64,000 bases of DNA from Lingula anatina (Eukaryota > Animalia > Brachiopoda), in the NCBI GenBank assembly GCA_051362555.1, contig CM120642.1:27094001-27158000 (forward strand), read 5' to 3'. The notes under the pieces were generated by a model that worked only from the letters and a program-made list of their open reading frames with translations, did not search any database and was not told the DNA's origin. Numbering within the stretch: the first letter of the stretch is position 1; every line of letters begins with the position of its first letter. Positions 15,367 to 28,700 of the stretch are shown here, in pieces. A program made the translations under genes and the position numbers.

Positions 15367-16736
15367 GGGGGGTTAACTCTAGAGAAGTTTATATATTGGT
15401 ACATGAGCCCTCTATCTTTAAGGGTTAATTATCAGAATGCCAGGTTTACATAATAGAAGAGTGAACAAAACCTTGATCAGAGAAAACCATGTAATCCTGT
15501 AATTCGACTCCAGGAGTCCATGATTTCATTTAAAAACACTAACATAGTGCAATACTGAGTTTAATAAAAGGATGGATTTACACCCATGATAGGAAGTGAT
15601 TCCAAAGTCTCAATAATCCAATTAACCATGAAATAGAGCAAAAAATCCTTGATTTGATTGTTTCCTTGAGAAAATAAATGGTTGGTGCACTAGCTTGTTA
15701 GAAGTAGCATTCATAAATCTTTGGGCCGTTCCCATAGATTTTAGATCGATCTATCCCCGTGGGGAGTCTCACTAGATTACTGTCAGATAATCTGACTAAA
15801 ATGTCCGTCCCGCCTACTACAAGCTGTAAGGAGGTAATTAACTTTCGTGCCTGCTTGGCTCACAGCTATTTAGGGTGAACCCCTAGGGGGTTAGGTGGAT
15901 CAAGTTGGATCCATCTAATCTCTGGGAATGGTGTCTTTGTCTCAGCAGCCACAAAATTAAACAATATCTGGAGTGTGTTGACAAACCCTTTCTTGATTTG
16001 ATTTATTATATCAAATCAATAAAAGTATACCTGTATATTGGTTAACCTCAAGGGAATTTTTTTAAGTATCACCATCAGCATATAATATGAAAGAGCCAAC
16101 TACACAATACTTAAATGCTTCTCAGTGGTGATTACACGGAGATTGGGTATGTGACTTTATCTCCTAAAATTTACCTGTTTCTTAGACCCTATTCCCATTG
16201 ACACCATTGGCTGACTGCATGGGTTGACCCACCTCTGCAGGGACTCCTGCTGAATACAATCAGTTTAACAGATTTCAACAACACACTTCCTCTTGTTTTC
16301 AACAGACTCGAATAACCACCAGTTTTTCTGTATTCTACTTAATGCCAAGAGGCGTGTAATCTGCGAAACTGATTTCATTCAGCAAGAGTCTCCACGGATC
16401 ATAGACTGATAGTTTCGATGAGAATGAGCCCTAAGATTAACCCATTTCTTAATCTGCATAAAAAAGAAGTAAAATGAAAGCCATTTCTCAAAGACTTAAA
16501 TGCTGTGCTCACCAAAAATAGACCTGTGTATCTTCACAGATCACATTTAGTGTACTGATATACTAGTACATAACCTGCTATTTATAAATAGCAACAGTGA
16601 CCAAGATTAGATACTGGTTATTATATTGTCCTAAAAATCTAAATACTGTTACAGTGTAGGTATCAATTTGCTAGTATGATAGTTTTACTGTGAATGCACT
16701 ATATGGCTAATACTAATGCCCTGCCCCCCCCCCCTC

Positions 16737-16799
<63 letters not shown>

Positions 16800-19700
16800 C
16801 ATATAAAGTACATTAAGAAATTATAATTATTCTTTTGCACTTAATGATGAAGTAACTTTTTTGTTCTTCACTCTTGGCAATGCTTTGCAGTAATGAGATT
16901 CATACTATCAAATTACACACTGCATGAGATAAAGTAGTCAACTGTGCTACCCTGATAATGGTAAAATTGGATCAAGGCTGCACTACTGTCCGGAGTGAGA
17001 AGACAACCTCACATTTTACAACTGGCGCCCTGAGTGTCAGAGTCACTGTTAAGTTTTGCTGATATGGGTTATACATGAAATCTGTTATCAAGATAGAGCT
17101 AGCAAAACTGGAATCTAGAACCTAGGGTATCAACTGGTTAAATGGCTAATTTTTTTTTCTTTTTTTTTTTGCCATCTTGCAATTGTGCTGTCGTCCTCTT
17201 ATTCCTTTTTCAATTTTTCTGTCTCTCTTTTTCAAATTTATGTTTAACAAAGCTTGCATGTGATCTTTAGCAAAACGAAACCGACATTTCTACATCTCCT
17301 GCTAACATGTTAAACACTGATGTTAATAAAAATATATCCTTCTTGCCTATCAATAAATGCCACAGGCCAAGAGCAACAAGCTAAACTAATCCAGGTATTG
17401 TTAACTGTCTGGCGTTATTTATATTCATTCATCACGAGCAGACATAAGGAGGGCACCACCTGCCATCTAGAATACAGCCCTCCCTCTCTCCTTCAGAACA
17501 ACACGCACTCATACTCATAGACAATCTACTTATCTCGTAGAGGCACTGCCAATGAACTTTCCTCCATTCTTTCAGACTTGATTAAAGATCTCCATACCTG
17601 TGCACATAGACCCAGACAGCTACAACCTTTCCATCTTGGGTCTCCCCAATGGAAACCAACATACAGGCACATTCGCCTAAGTTACTCACATTCTTGTGGT
17701 CGACATCTCAAGCAGGCAGGAAAAGGACATGGTCATCTCTGTATATATGGCTGTGTAGCAGTATCCCTTCTAACATGATACTCTCACTGTTAGGTCGGAG
17801 ATATTAGTCCAATAGAAAACTGGCACTACTACCAACACCGCCACTTCCAGCCCACGAATCCCTGACTAAGCCGACCGCCCCTCCATTCTAGAAGCTGGCG
17901 AGCATTCTTGAATGCCGTCTTCTCCTTGAAATATTAACATGCCTCTACGTAATGGGAAATAGTCTCGAGTTCCCCACTATGCTACAGATACACAGTAGTT
18001 CCATATGGTTATGCAGAGCACTGGTCTTCACATACCAGGTCACTACTGATATGTCACAGTTCTACTGCCATGACCTGAATAAATTATCATAAATTATCTC
18101 CTGATGTTTCCCCCCTTTCCTTGTCAATACTACTACAGTTCTAGCATCAACACTTAAAAAACACTGACTCTACTGTGAACGTCCATATTCAACCTTGAAT
18201 TTTAAATTCCACCATCTATCAAAAGTAGTTCCTGGTATATATATACATATAATATATATGTTTTTCCCACTGTAAAGTTATCTAGTGAGTATTCTCACTC
18301 AATTCACCCAACCAGAAATTATTCCACAGCTTCGTAACTTTAACCAAACGATAAAATCAATTTAATGCGCTTCAACGCATGAAACCTGGTGAACTTTGTT
18401 GGTTTCATAAATTTCATGACTCCTGAGTCAGATGGTTCTGTAGAGAGAATCGTACGAGTGACTGTCTGAGAAAAAAAAATACTCCACAACTACAGATGAA
18501 ACTGATAACCTTTATACAGAAACCACTGTCAAAGACCAAATTGCTAGATGTAAATTAAAAGAGTCATGAATCTTCCTGCATTAAAGTTATAATGTTTAAG
18601 TGAAGTCAAAATCTATTTCACATTCTATATGTAAATGTTGGTATCACAGTTTAGTCTGAGAAGGCTTCCCTGAAGAAATATCCACCGTTTAAGTTCCTCA
18701 TATTGCCTCAAAATGTTTTGCATCTTTCACTGGATTAATATTTATTATTAATATTAGTATCAGATAACATTCATAAGTATTCTAAAAGCATTTACTATCA
18801 TTTAAAAACAGAGAAATATTTTAAAATCTGATAGCTTAAGTTGAGCAAGTGCTTCTTTCTCTTTGAAGGTCTGATGTAAGTGATAAATAACAACCCTTTT
18901 TAAAAATGAAAGAATGAAAAAAAAAATCAGCAAAGGGCACCTTATTATCTTGTTGCACCAAATAAATCTGTCAAAGCACTCCTCCCCTCCTCCCCCATCT
19001 ATTCACCCTGAAGCGGACCCTAAGTGCATTAAAACACACACACACGCACACACACAATATTATGGTCCTATTTGTTTAAGACCAATTTTTTTCTATTCCA
19101 ACCCTACATAGATCAGTGGCAGTCTAATTACATGAAATCCTGAGCCTGCTTTAAAACAAGAAAGACATGGCTAATATTTCAGACCACTACTTTATCTTAG
19201 TGAAGTAGCTTTGGTTCTTTAACAGTTAAACATCAATTTCCGGACTAAAAATCTGTTGTAAAAACAGCCAGGCCCCCTGGATTTTGAAGTGAATTCCAAC
19301 CAGGATACTGCAGGTTTTCTGATGTGGCAGAGATGAGAGGAGATGTATTGATAGTTGAGCCTCACAACTCCAGATTTAACCTGATAGTTACAGTAATTAT
19401 ATCTTTACCCAGGAAGATAAATATGTTGGAAGGATACCACTAAGATTGGCTACATTGCGCCCTTTCCATTTTTCATAGCAATTTCTGAACTACTCATTTT
19501 TGTTAAAAATTAAAAAAAAATTCCATTCCCTTGCTTACTTACAGTAAGAACAAATTCATCCTGGAAACTTACAGTCGAAGGTTATTTTGTTCAAGTGCCA
19601 GGGATTTTGAAGCTGAACAACATCCGAGTCCTCAAATACTGGTTGCTTAATGTTGCTTTTTTTGGGTGTAAATTGATGTAGTTAAACAGATAAAGCATTA

Positions 19701-22700
19701 CACTTTTCAAATTAAGCTTCACAACATGCTCACCTCTCAATCTGTATCAGTTCTATTGATGAATGAGATTCAGAACTCTCTAGTCTCTCCTCCTCATTTC
19801 CATATCTAAAGACTTGTAACTATATTTTTACTCATTCTTCAAAAATGAAACAGACTAGGACTTTTGTACGTACTGAAGCTTAGCATTAAACATTTTCATC
19901 ATGGTTTGTCATGCCTTACTTCAAAATGCAGTTATATTGGTAAACAGAGAAAACTAGACATGTTGACTTACATGGGAAAGAAATATATTGTTTCAGAGGG
20001 AACCCCAGTAAAATACAGCACCAACTTGTATATATTACAAGTGGCCATAATAATCCGAATAAGTCATTTGTCTTTTACAAATATTTCACATGCAAGTCAT
20101 TGCAAGGGGCATTTTAAATCATCTTGTACATCAAAATAATCCAGTTGGTATGTAATCTTAACTGATTGGCCAAAAAGTTTTATCAAGACATTAAACCTTC
20201 CATTTGGCACTTTGCCCTACTACAACAGCAGGTTTTACTTGGGCAACATATGCACGAGAGACATACAAATGATCACTGAATAGTTCCTTTACTGTTAATA
20301 TTCACTGCAAGTGACAAGCAGCTATAGATTTTCAGTTACGAGGGTTTCAAATTTACAAGACAGTCTTCATTGCTCTTTCATACCAAGTACGGTAATTACT
20401 CATTCTTTTCAATGGGTAAAAATTATCAAACTTTCAGATACATAAAATTAGCATTTGAGGTGCTTTTACTGCAAAGAATGGAACTAAACAGTAGCCTTCT
20501 TCACATCATTTTTGCTACCACTCAATACCAATGTTCTTATGTTAAGAAATTATGACTAAAAAAATACAGTATCTTGAAATTCTCAATTTTCACCCATTGA
20601 AAATATAAGGTAATTATCGTATTACAGAAAAGCCCGGCTTGCAGTACAGTAATGGATTGGACTCTCCAGTCTGATTAAATCTACTATAGCCCAAATCACC
20701 TGCTATCAATATCATTAAGCATACCTATATGTCAAAATATCTTCTCATGATACTTCCCTTCAATAGAACTCAAGGGTGTTAACAAATAATCACAGGAAAC
20801 TAATAACACAACTGTAAAAGAACAATGTTCTTCCAAAGGTCACAAAAAACATTTCTCGCCTACATTTGCACAATAAATTTCATTGCTGTTAAGAGAAACA
20901 GAATGCAGTAGTATCTTATACGTGATGGATTTATTCTCATGCTGAAATCCCTCGAGGAAAAGAGAGGCAAGGGCTACCTACAGAACACATACCACCAGCT
21001 ACATATGTGCTAGTACTGGGATGCATTTGGAAACATTTGGATTATGAAACAAAGCAAGGTTAATATATGCCCAAAATACATACATTTTTCTTTTCTTTTT
21101 TTGGACATGGAACAGAAACTGAATCTTTGATTCAAATGAACTGATTGACACTAAAATTAAGCAGGTTATAGAAAAGTCCATTTCTAACATAAGTATTCCA
21201 AGTTTGTGAAAATTAACTTTTCAAGCACAATGCAATGGGAAAAAATTTTGGTTGTCAATCAGAATTTTCTTCAAAACCAGGTCAGTGTGCACCAGTAACA
21301 GAAAAAATAGGATTTAACTTCAATGCCAATCCAAAGACATTAAATAGTAAAATGCCTTACAATCCTGGCAGATAAGAATGCAACTGGTTTCTAGAAAAAC
21401 CCAGTGCCTCCAGCTCTGTAAAGCTGGCAGTTCAATTAACAATTTCCTACTTCTATATTTAACTGAAACAGACACCAGTTAAGTCACCACAAAAATGTAA
21501 TAAAAGTAGCATTGTGTTCTTAAAGAGTAACTTAAAAGGATGACAACTCTTCATTTTGGCGTGAAAAGTGCCATAAAATGTATTTTCCTGGGGTAAACAT
21601 CAATTTTCCCCTACCTTCCAATGGTAAATGAATCCGTTCCAACATTCAAAAGTAGTCATTTTTTTTGTTTTTTTTAAGTGTGGCCATTTATGACAGTCCA
21701 CATGGTCCAAAGGCAAGCACAGAATCTAGAATTATTATGATAACCGCTGTTTTGGTGGTAAAATGGAATTTATTATATTTCAATTTGTTGCTTACAATGC
21801 ATTTATTGTGGAAATTTAGACTTGGTTCTCATACCTATATAGATCTAACAGGATAGATCCATCTCCAGGGGATTCTCACTAAATTGCTTTCAGCTTAAGC
21901 AGCTTAGATGTCTGGCACGCCTACTGAAGCTGCTAAACGATAATTAATTACCCCCTTGCAGCTTCAGTAGACATGAAAGTCATCTAAGCGACTTAAATTG
22001 ATTGCAATTCAGCAAGAATCCCCTTGCAGATAGATCTATCCACAGTACAACAGGGTCTGGAAATGGTCCCTTAAAATCTGATATGAAGAGTTGTTATCCC
22101 TTTAAGTCATCAAGTTAAAAATTCACCTTATTTAACACTAAAGCATTATCTTGATTCAAAAAAGTTCTCATGGCAAACTTGTCAAGTTAAATTTGATCCT
22201 TTCAAAACAGCTTGAGCTCAAAGCTTTCTGGCTGTTTACATTATAGGCAAAACAACTACTTGTCAAAATGCACTTCTCATAATATCATTTAATGTCTCAC
22301 ACTAAGTTAATCTATCAATATTTACATCAAAAAAGACAGCTTAGCGTGTGTATCAAAACTATATGCTATATCAGGCTTCAATGGACTATCTCTGACTTAA
22401 AGATAACATCAATTCGCTACCAAAACAAATACAGTTCAAAGGTAAATGTATAAATGATGACATTGTAAATGGCCTTGTGACAATATGTTGCTTAGTATAA
22501 ATATGCTATAGCTCCGAGTAAGCATATTTGCAGCAGATGCCTCATTATTTACAAATCTACGGTCCACCAAATAAGATAAAAGTCACACTAAAAGACAAAA
22601 TAAAACATGCTATTCATGCATCATATTTTTTTTTCTTTCTTTATCTCAGATTATAGTGCTGTTAATCGCCTGAACACCACCAAGTAATTATTCTACAGGA

Positions 22701-25700
22701 TATTAACTCATAAATTACAAACACTCCTCATAAATAAAGATTTTTTTAAAATCTATTACTGGACAGTAGACCCTTACAATTTGGCCCAGATGATGACATT
22801 GCATGACTATGTTTACTAGAATGAGAACAGCTCCACCTGTGTTCTCTAAAGACTGAATTAGGTCTCTGTGTGGAAGACCCAATATTGCAAACTAAACTGT
22901 TAGTCCAGTTAATAGATTTTAAAATCTTTACTTATGTAAAATACGATGGGATGACTAACCTATCCAGTATTACAATCACTTCCAATATCATGATTGCATG
23001 ACTGATTACAGCATCCACAAACATGACAAAAATGATATCATGAAAATATTTTTACCTTCAACCTCACATTTAGTTGATGCACTACATCTTTTGATTTCTT
23101 TTAACTCATACACTATTTAAGATCATGACTGCTCAGATGATGCAATGGTCTGTTTTGTATAAAGGACAGGTAATCCAGAGTTTTTAAAGATGTCCCAGAG
23201 GTATTTTCAAATATATACATGTGATGGCTAAAATTGCTACTGAGCTTCATTCAACTAGACATGCTATCCAAAATGAGATGCACATGAATGTGGACAAAAC
23301 AACAAAAATGATGTTGAAGATCAAGAGATGCTAAATCAGCAATAAGTGTGGGAATGGGAGGTAGTGGATGAAAAACACCAAATACCAGTCACATATGATG
23401 ATTATTAAATACAAGCTGAAAATAATTATATACTACTAGCGTGTGGCCAACCTGGACATAGGCTCACGTCAGTCTTGATGCAGGATTATGTCCAGGTCTG
23501 ACACAAGCTAACGGTATGAAATATTTTCAGCTTTTGCTAAATAATTATTACATATGCTCTATCTACCAAACTCATGAACATTCTTGACCAAATATGAGTC
23601 TTTAGCAAAAATTTAAAAATTATTAACTGCCACTATTTTCCATTTTAAGTAGTTGGGGGGGGGGGGATGCAATTTCATTTAAGGAATAACTCATAAGATA
23701 GTAAATGTCAAGCGTCACACTACCATGTCACTTATCTAAACTAAATATCACCTAGATCTCCCTCAAATGACGTCACCAACGTCATACAATGATAACAAAC
23801 CAAATTGCTTAGGCACTGGTACATCAATGCGAACATTTTCAGAAATGATGTGCGTATGTTATGCCATTTCTTAACTCATTAAAATACGCAACCACCTTCA
23901 GCAAATAACAACATGAGTTATACCTTGGTGACAGTTTTGTCCCTACATTATGTTTTATTAATCGCTGGTCGAGTAATGCAGCATTACAGACACGTAAACC
24001 TTGGATGCGTGAAGAACTAGAGCTCACCCAAACAAGGAAATCCCAGCTACTTTACACAGCAAGCATTTAAATCAACCATTAAAACACATTCCATGGAGAA
24101 CTTGGAACCATTTACATTGACTATAAAACCACAGATTCTGTCAAATTATCAATGTAAATTCTGTTCAAAATAACTAGTTCTGAGTATGTTTGTTAAAGGG
24201 ATATAAACTCTTCGTATGAAATCTATATTTCACAATAAAAACATTGTAAATAACTCATAGAAATATAATATATTCTCTTTTACGACGAAAACGGCAATTA
24301 TAGCTATTATTCTGATATCTGAGCTTGTCTTCAGATCACGTGACCTCCATTGATGGCTATACTCTGCTATAACCTCTTAAGAGATTTTAACAAAAAACCA
24401 AACTTTTTAGAAAAAAACCAGGGACTAAATTTGAATGTAAAAATGGATTCATTAACCATTGGTAAGTATGGGAAAATTGTTGTTTACTCCAGGAAAATTC
24501 ATTTTTTGGCCAAAACGAAGAGTTATTATCCCTTTAAGCTTAAAGCACTGTTCCTGAAATGACACTGATATTAGATAAATATGTATATCTTCAACTTTAT
24601 TGAACTAATCTAGTTGATGATGGACACCTGGAATGATACATATAAAGAGCACTATTAGATATCTAGCTATCTCCTTCCCCCGGGGGAAGTTTTATACGGG
24701 CATGTATAAAACGTCACTTATATGTCAGTCCTCATTCCTCTTTTTTTAAAAGTCCTCTGTCTCCTCCCCTGGGGAGCTTTTAAAGTTTGTGAAAATGGGT
24801 CCTCCATAGTTCTTTTCAAAAGTCAATTGAATAAGGAAATTGAAGCAACAACAACAACTTTTAAAAGCTATATGCTAAAAGAAAATCAAATTAAATATCT
24901 AGTTAAAGTCATTTAAAAAAGAAAAGTCAAGTATTATGAGACTTCAAGAAGAGTCCCTGGTTGAAGCTGGTTTCCAAGTTTCCTGTATGTCAGTCTCTTT
25001 AGAATGACGGCTTGGTCTGGATGGAGTAAGCATTTCTGTGGTTCCTGGCTTGTTATGAGGTAGCAAACGGGCTAATGCACGTGGCAAACCACCACTGGTG
25101 CGCTGTTTGGTAACAGTAGGGGCATCCTGGCCACTGGGATCTGGGGCACTCAAATCTGGCTCTTCAGATAATGGTGATGGAGTAGAAGCATCCTGGTATG
25201 GCACAGTAGGTTCATCTGGATTTTTTGGCTGTGTGACCTGTACAGGGTTGTCATGGGTTTGCTTCTTTCCCAGATTAAGGTCACCAGGTTCGTGATGGAC
25301 CAACTTAGTGGGTTGCTCAGGCACTGTGTTCTCCTTGAGGGCCATCTCAATCATGGGGAAGTAGTCACTGGTAACAAATGGAGTGAACTTCCTAAGATGC
25401 TGCCTGTTGCGGATAGTCACCCTGCCTGAACCATCTACTTTGATGACATACTGGTGGTGCTGTCTTACTTCAATTACTATTCCAGTTCGCTCCCACTTCC
25501 GGGGATAATTTCCCACAAGGTTCTGTAAGTACACATGATCTCCAACCCTCAATGGTGGTAAGATCCTAGTATGCTCACTCCAGCGTTCATGCTCTCTGGA
25601 ATGACGTTTTGCAAGTGCTCTTTCTCGATGTGACATCAGCTCTGCCCATGTTTCGTGTGGGGAATACCTTCCCATGGGTATTGGAATGGCATCGCGAATA

Positions 25701-28700
25701 GGCCGTCCAAATATAATTAATGCTGGGGAGGCCTTTGTTTGTGGGTCAATAGAATTTCTGTACATAAGCATGGCTTTCTGAAACTTGTCAACATCAAGGG
25801 ATCCTGTTGGGGCTATATTGTCTGCAAGCATTCGCTTCACAGTTTTGACAGCTATCTCAGCTCTACAGTTAGCATGAGGGTTGGCAACTGACGAAATTCT
25901 GTGTTTAACACCCCAGGTTTTAAGAAATTCTTGTGTTTTCCCCGCAGTAAATTGTGGTCCACCATCTGAGGTTAACTCCTCTGGTATTCCAAATGTGACG
26001 AAAGTTTCACGCAATCTTCTGATTAGACCCTCTGCGCCTCCTTCTGCTTTAAAAGCCATTGGCCAATTGGAATATCGGTCGACAATGACAACATAATCTT
26101 TACTGTTGTATGTGAAGTAGTCACAGCAGATCATTTGGAAAGGGTAGTCTGGTTGTTTAATATCAGATGGTGGCTGCATCGGGTTTGATTTAGCCATGCG
26201 ATGACAATGTGCACATTGGTCCCTAACTCTAGCAATGTCAACTGAGATATTGGGCCAAAAAACAGAGTCTGCTGCTCGGGACTGCATAGCACTTATACCC
26301 TGGTGAGCTGCATGGAGGGCATTGAGGATTGGTGTGCGTAAGGCCCTTGGGATAACAATTCGTTGACCCATGAGTATCACTCCATCAACAACACACAGGC
26401 TTGCTGTGTGACGGTGGTATGGACGTATCTCTATGGGGAGTTCTCTGCAATCTTCTGGGATGCCTTTCTCAAGGTATTGCATTAGTGCAAGTAATGTTGC
26501 ATCTGAAGAGGTGGCATCTCGGACCATATCCCAGGTGACAATAATGTTAGCAGCATCCAGTGAGGCAGACGCAGCAGCAATGGTGCAAGCATCATCAGCA
26601 AAGTCTGTGTCTGCTGTGTCTTGGTATAGACTAGCCAATGTGACCTGTGGAGGCACAGTCATGTAGGATATGGTGTCACTGTCAGATGGTTCATTTGGTA
26701 GATGCATTCTACTTGGCCGACCAGCAGGGTGTCTGGATGCTGCATCTGGGCCGGGATTCTTCTTCCCTGGGACATGCACTATGGTGAATCTGTATGCAAG
26801 TGTCTTTTCTTTGAGATTGAGTAGTCGCCTGTTGTGAATTTCGGTGAGTGACCTATCATTTAGCACCTGAACCAGAGGTTTGTGGTCTGTGGCAACAATC
26901 AAATCTTTACAGCCCAATACATAGTAGCGAGTCTGATGCAATGCATAGGCCACGGCCAAGGCTTCACCCTCTATGGGTGCATATCTGCTTTCTGCTGGAT
27001 GGGTAAACCTGCTTCCTACCAAGCATAACTTCCAGCCATTGTGACAACATGCTGGAGTTTTGGAGGTGCATTGGCAATACTTTTGCATCAGGAAGAATCC
27101 AACTCCATCAACAGACCAATCAGTGGACAGACATGTTTGGCGGTTTGGATCAAACAAACGCACTCCTTCTTTCATCTCTTCTATAATGACTTCTTTGGAT
27201 TGGTGGAACAGGTTGTCCAACTCATCTGTCCATTCAAATTTTGTGGACGGCTTTAGGAGCTTCCTGAATGGCTTCATCTGACGTGCCATTGAGAATGCAT
27301 AAGCGCCTTGATTAATGAGCCCAAACCAGGCTCGGGCACCACTGATATCTGTAGGTGTTGGGAATTTCCTTATGGCATCCATAAATTTGTCACTTGGTTG
27401 TATGTTCGTAGGTGTGATTGCAAGACCAGCAAATTCGACTGCATCTTGGGCGAACTGAAATTTCTTGGGATTCAAGGTGATACCGTTACGTGCACACAGG
27501 TCTAGCCACTTGCATGCCTGAAAGAATGCCTCTTCAACTGAGTTTGCCCACATGCATGTATCATCTACACACTTGACTTTATTAGGGAAGTCTGTGATTA
27601 TGGCATCAAATCTCTGGTTGTAAGCATCTCCACTGGCTAAAAACCCCTGAGGTGCTACCTTGTATCTGTAACGGCCCCATGGTGTGATGAATGTTGTGAT
27701 ATGCCGGTCCTCCTCCCTAATAGGCACAGAGTGGTACCCATTCCAGGCATCTGTCACGGTTTTTTTTACACCCTGTGGGATGCGGTTTGCTAAGTGAAAG
27801 GGGGTAGGCACATGGTGTGTTTGGCGGACAGAGTGGCGGTTCAGTTGCTGTAAGTCTACTGTTCGCCTAGGAGTGCCATCGGCTTTTCCCGTTACTACCA
27901 TGCGGGAACACCATGTTGTTGGGGTATTTGGGCTGACTCGTTCAAGGACCCCTATTCGGACATCCCTTTCAAGGTCAGCAAAGACCCTCTCTTGCCAGTG
28001 AATTGGAACAAGTGCTGGCTTATGGACTGCGACCGGTTTGGCATCTGGATCCACATGAAGTTGGAGCGGCTCACACTTCATCAGGGGTAATGGCTGGTGT
28101 TCACACGTATTAAATGTTGTTGCTCCATAATAGTCGAGGAGCCAATCTTTAAGCACTTCAACATTTTCTTCCAAAGCCTTTAAGCCAGGGGGAAGAGATG
28201 TGGGTAATGGTGGTGGCTCCTCTCTGCGCCTTGGACATGTGCATGGAACTTCGTCAGTGGGGCCAATTGAAGCTGTGTGTGTTATATGCGTGGCACTCGG
28301 AAAATCTGGCTTAATTATCCCCAAGTCTGTTAGTGCCTCTCTGCAGAGGAAGGCTTTCTCAATGGATTCAGACACGTAACACATCAAGCGAGACGTTCTG
28401 ATGTGATTGTTTTCATCTTTGACTGAGACACTGACAGCAATGCCACCCATAACACCCAGATTCTCTCTGATGGCACCTCGCATCACAAGTTTAACAGGCA
28501 AGAGGTCTTCTTTCCTTATGCCTAGAGCCATAGCCGACTTCAGTGGTATTATGCTGCTCTGACACCCTGTATCCGCAATCATGGACATATTGACTGGTTT
28601 AAGTGTTGACGTGTCTTGCATCGGATACCCAAAAGCAGCATGATCTGCAGGTAGAGGGGTCATTCTCACTAAAACCATTGGGTGCGGTTTTGATGGGCGA

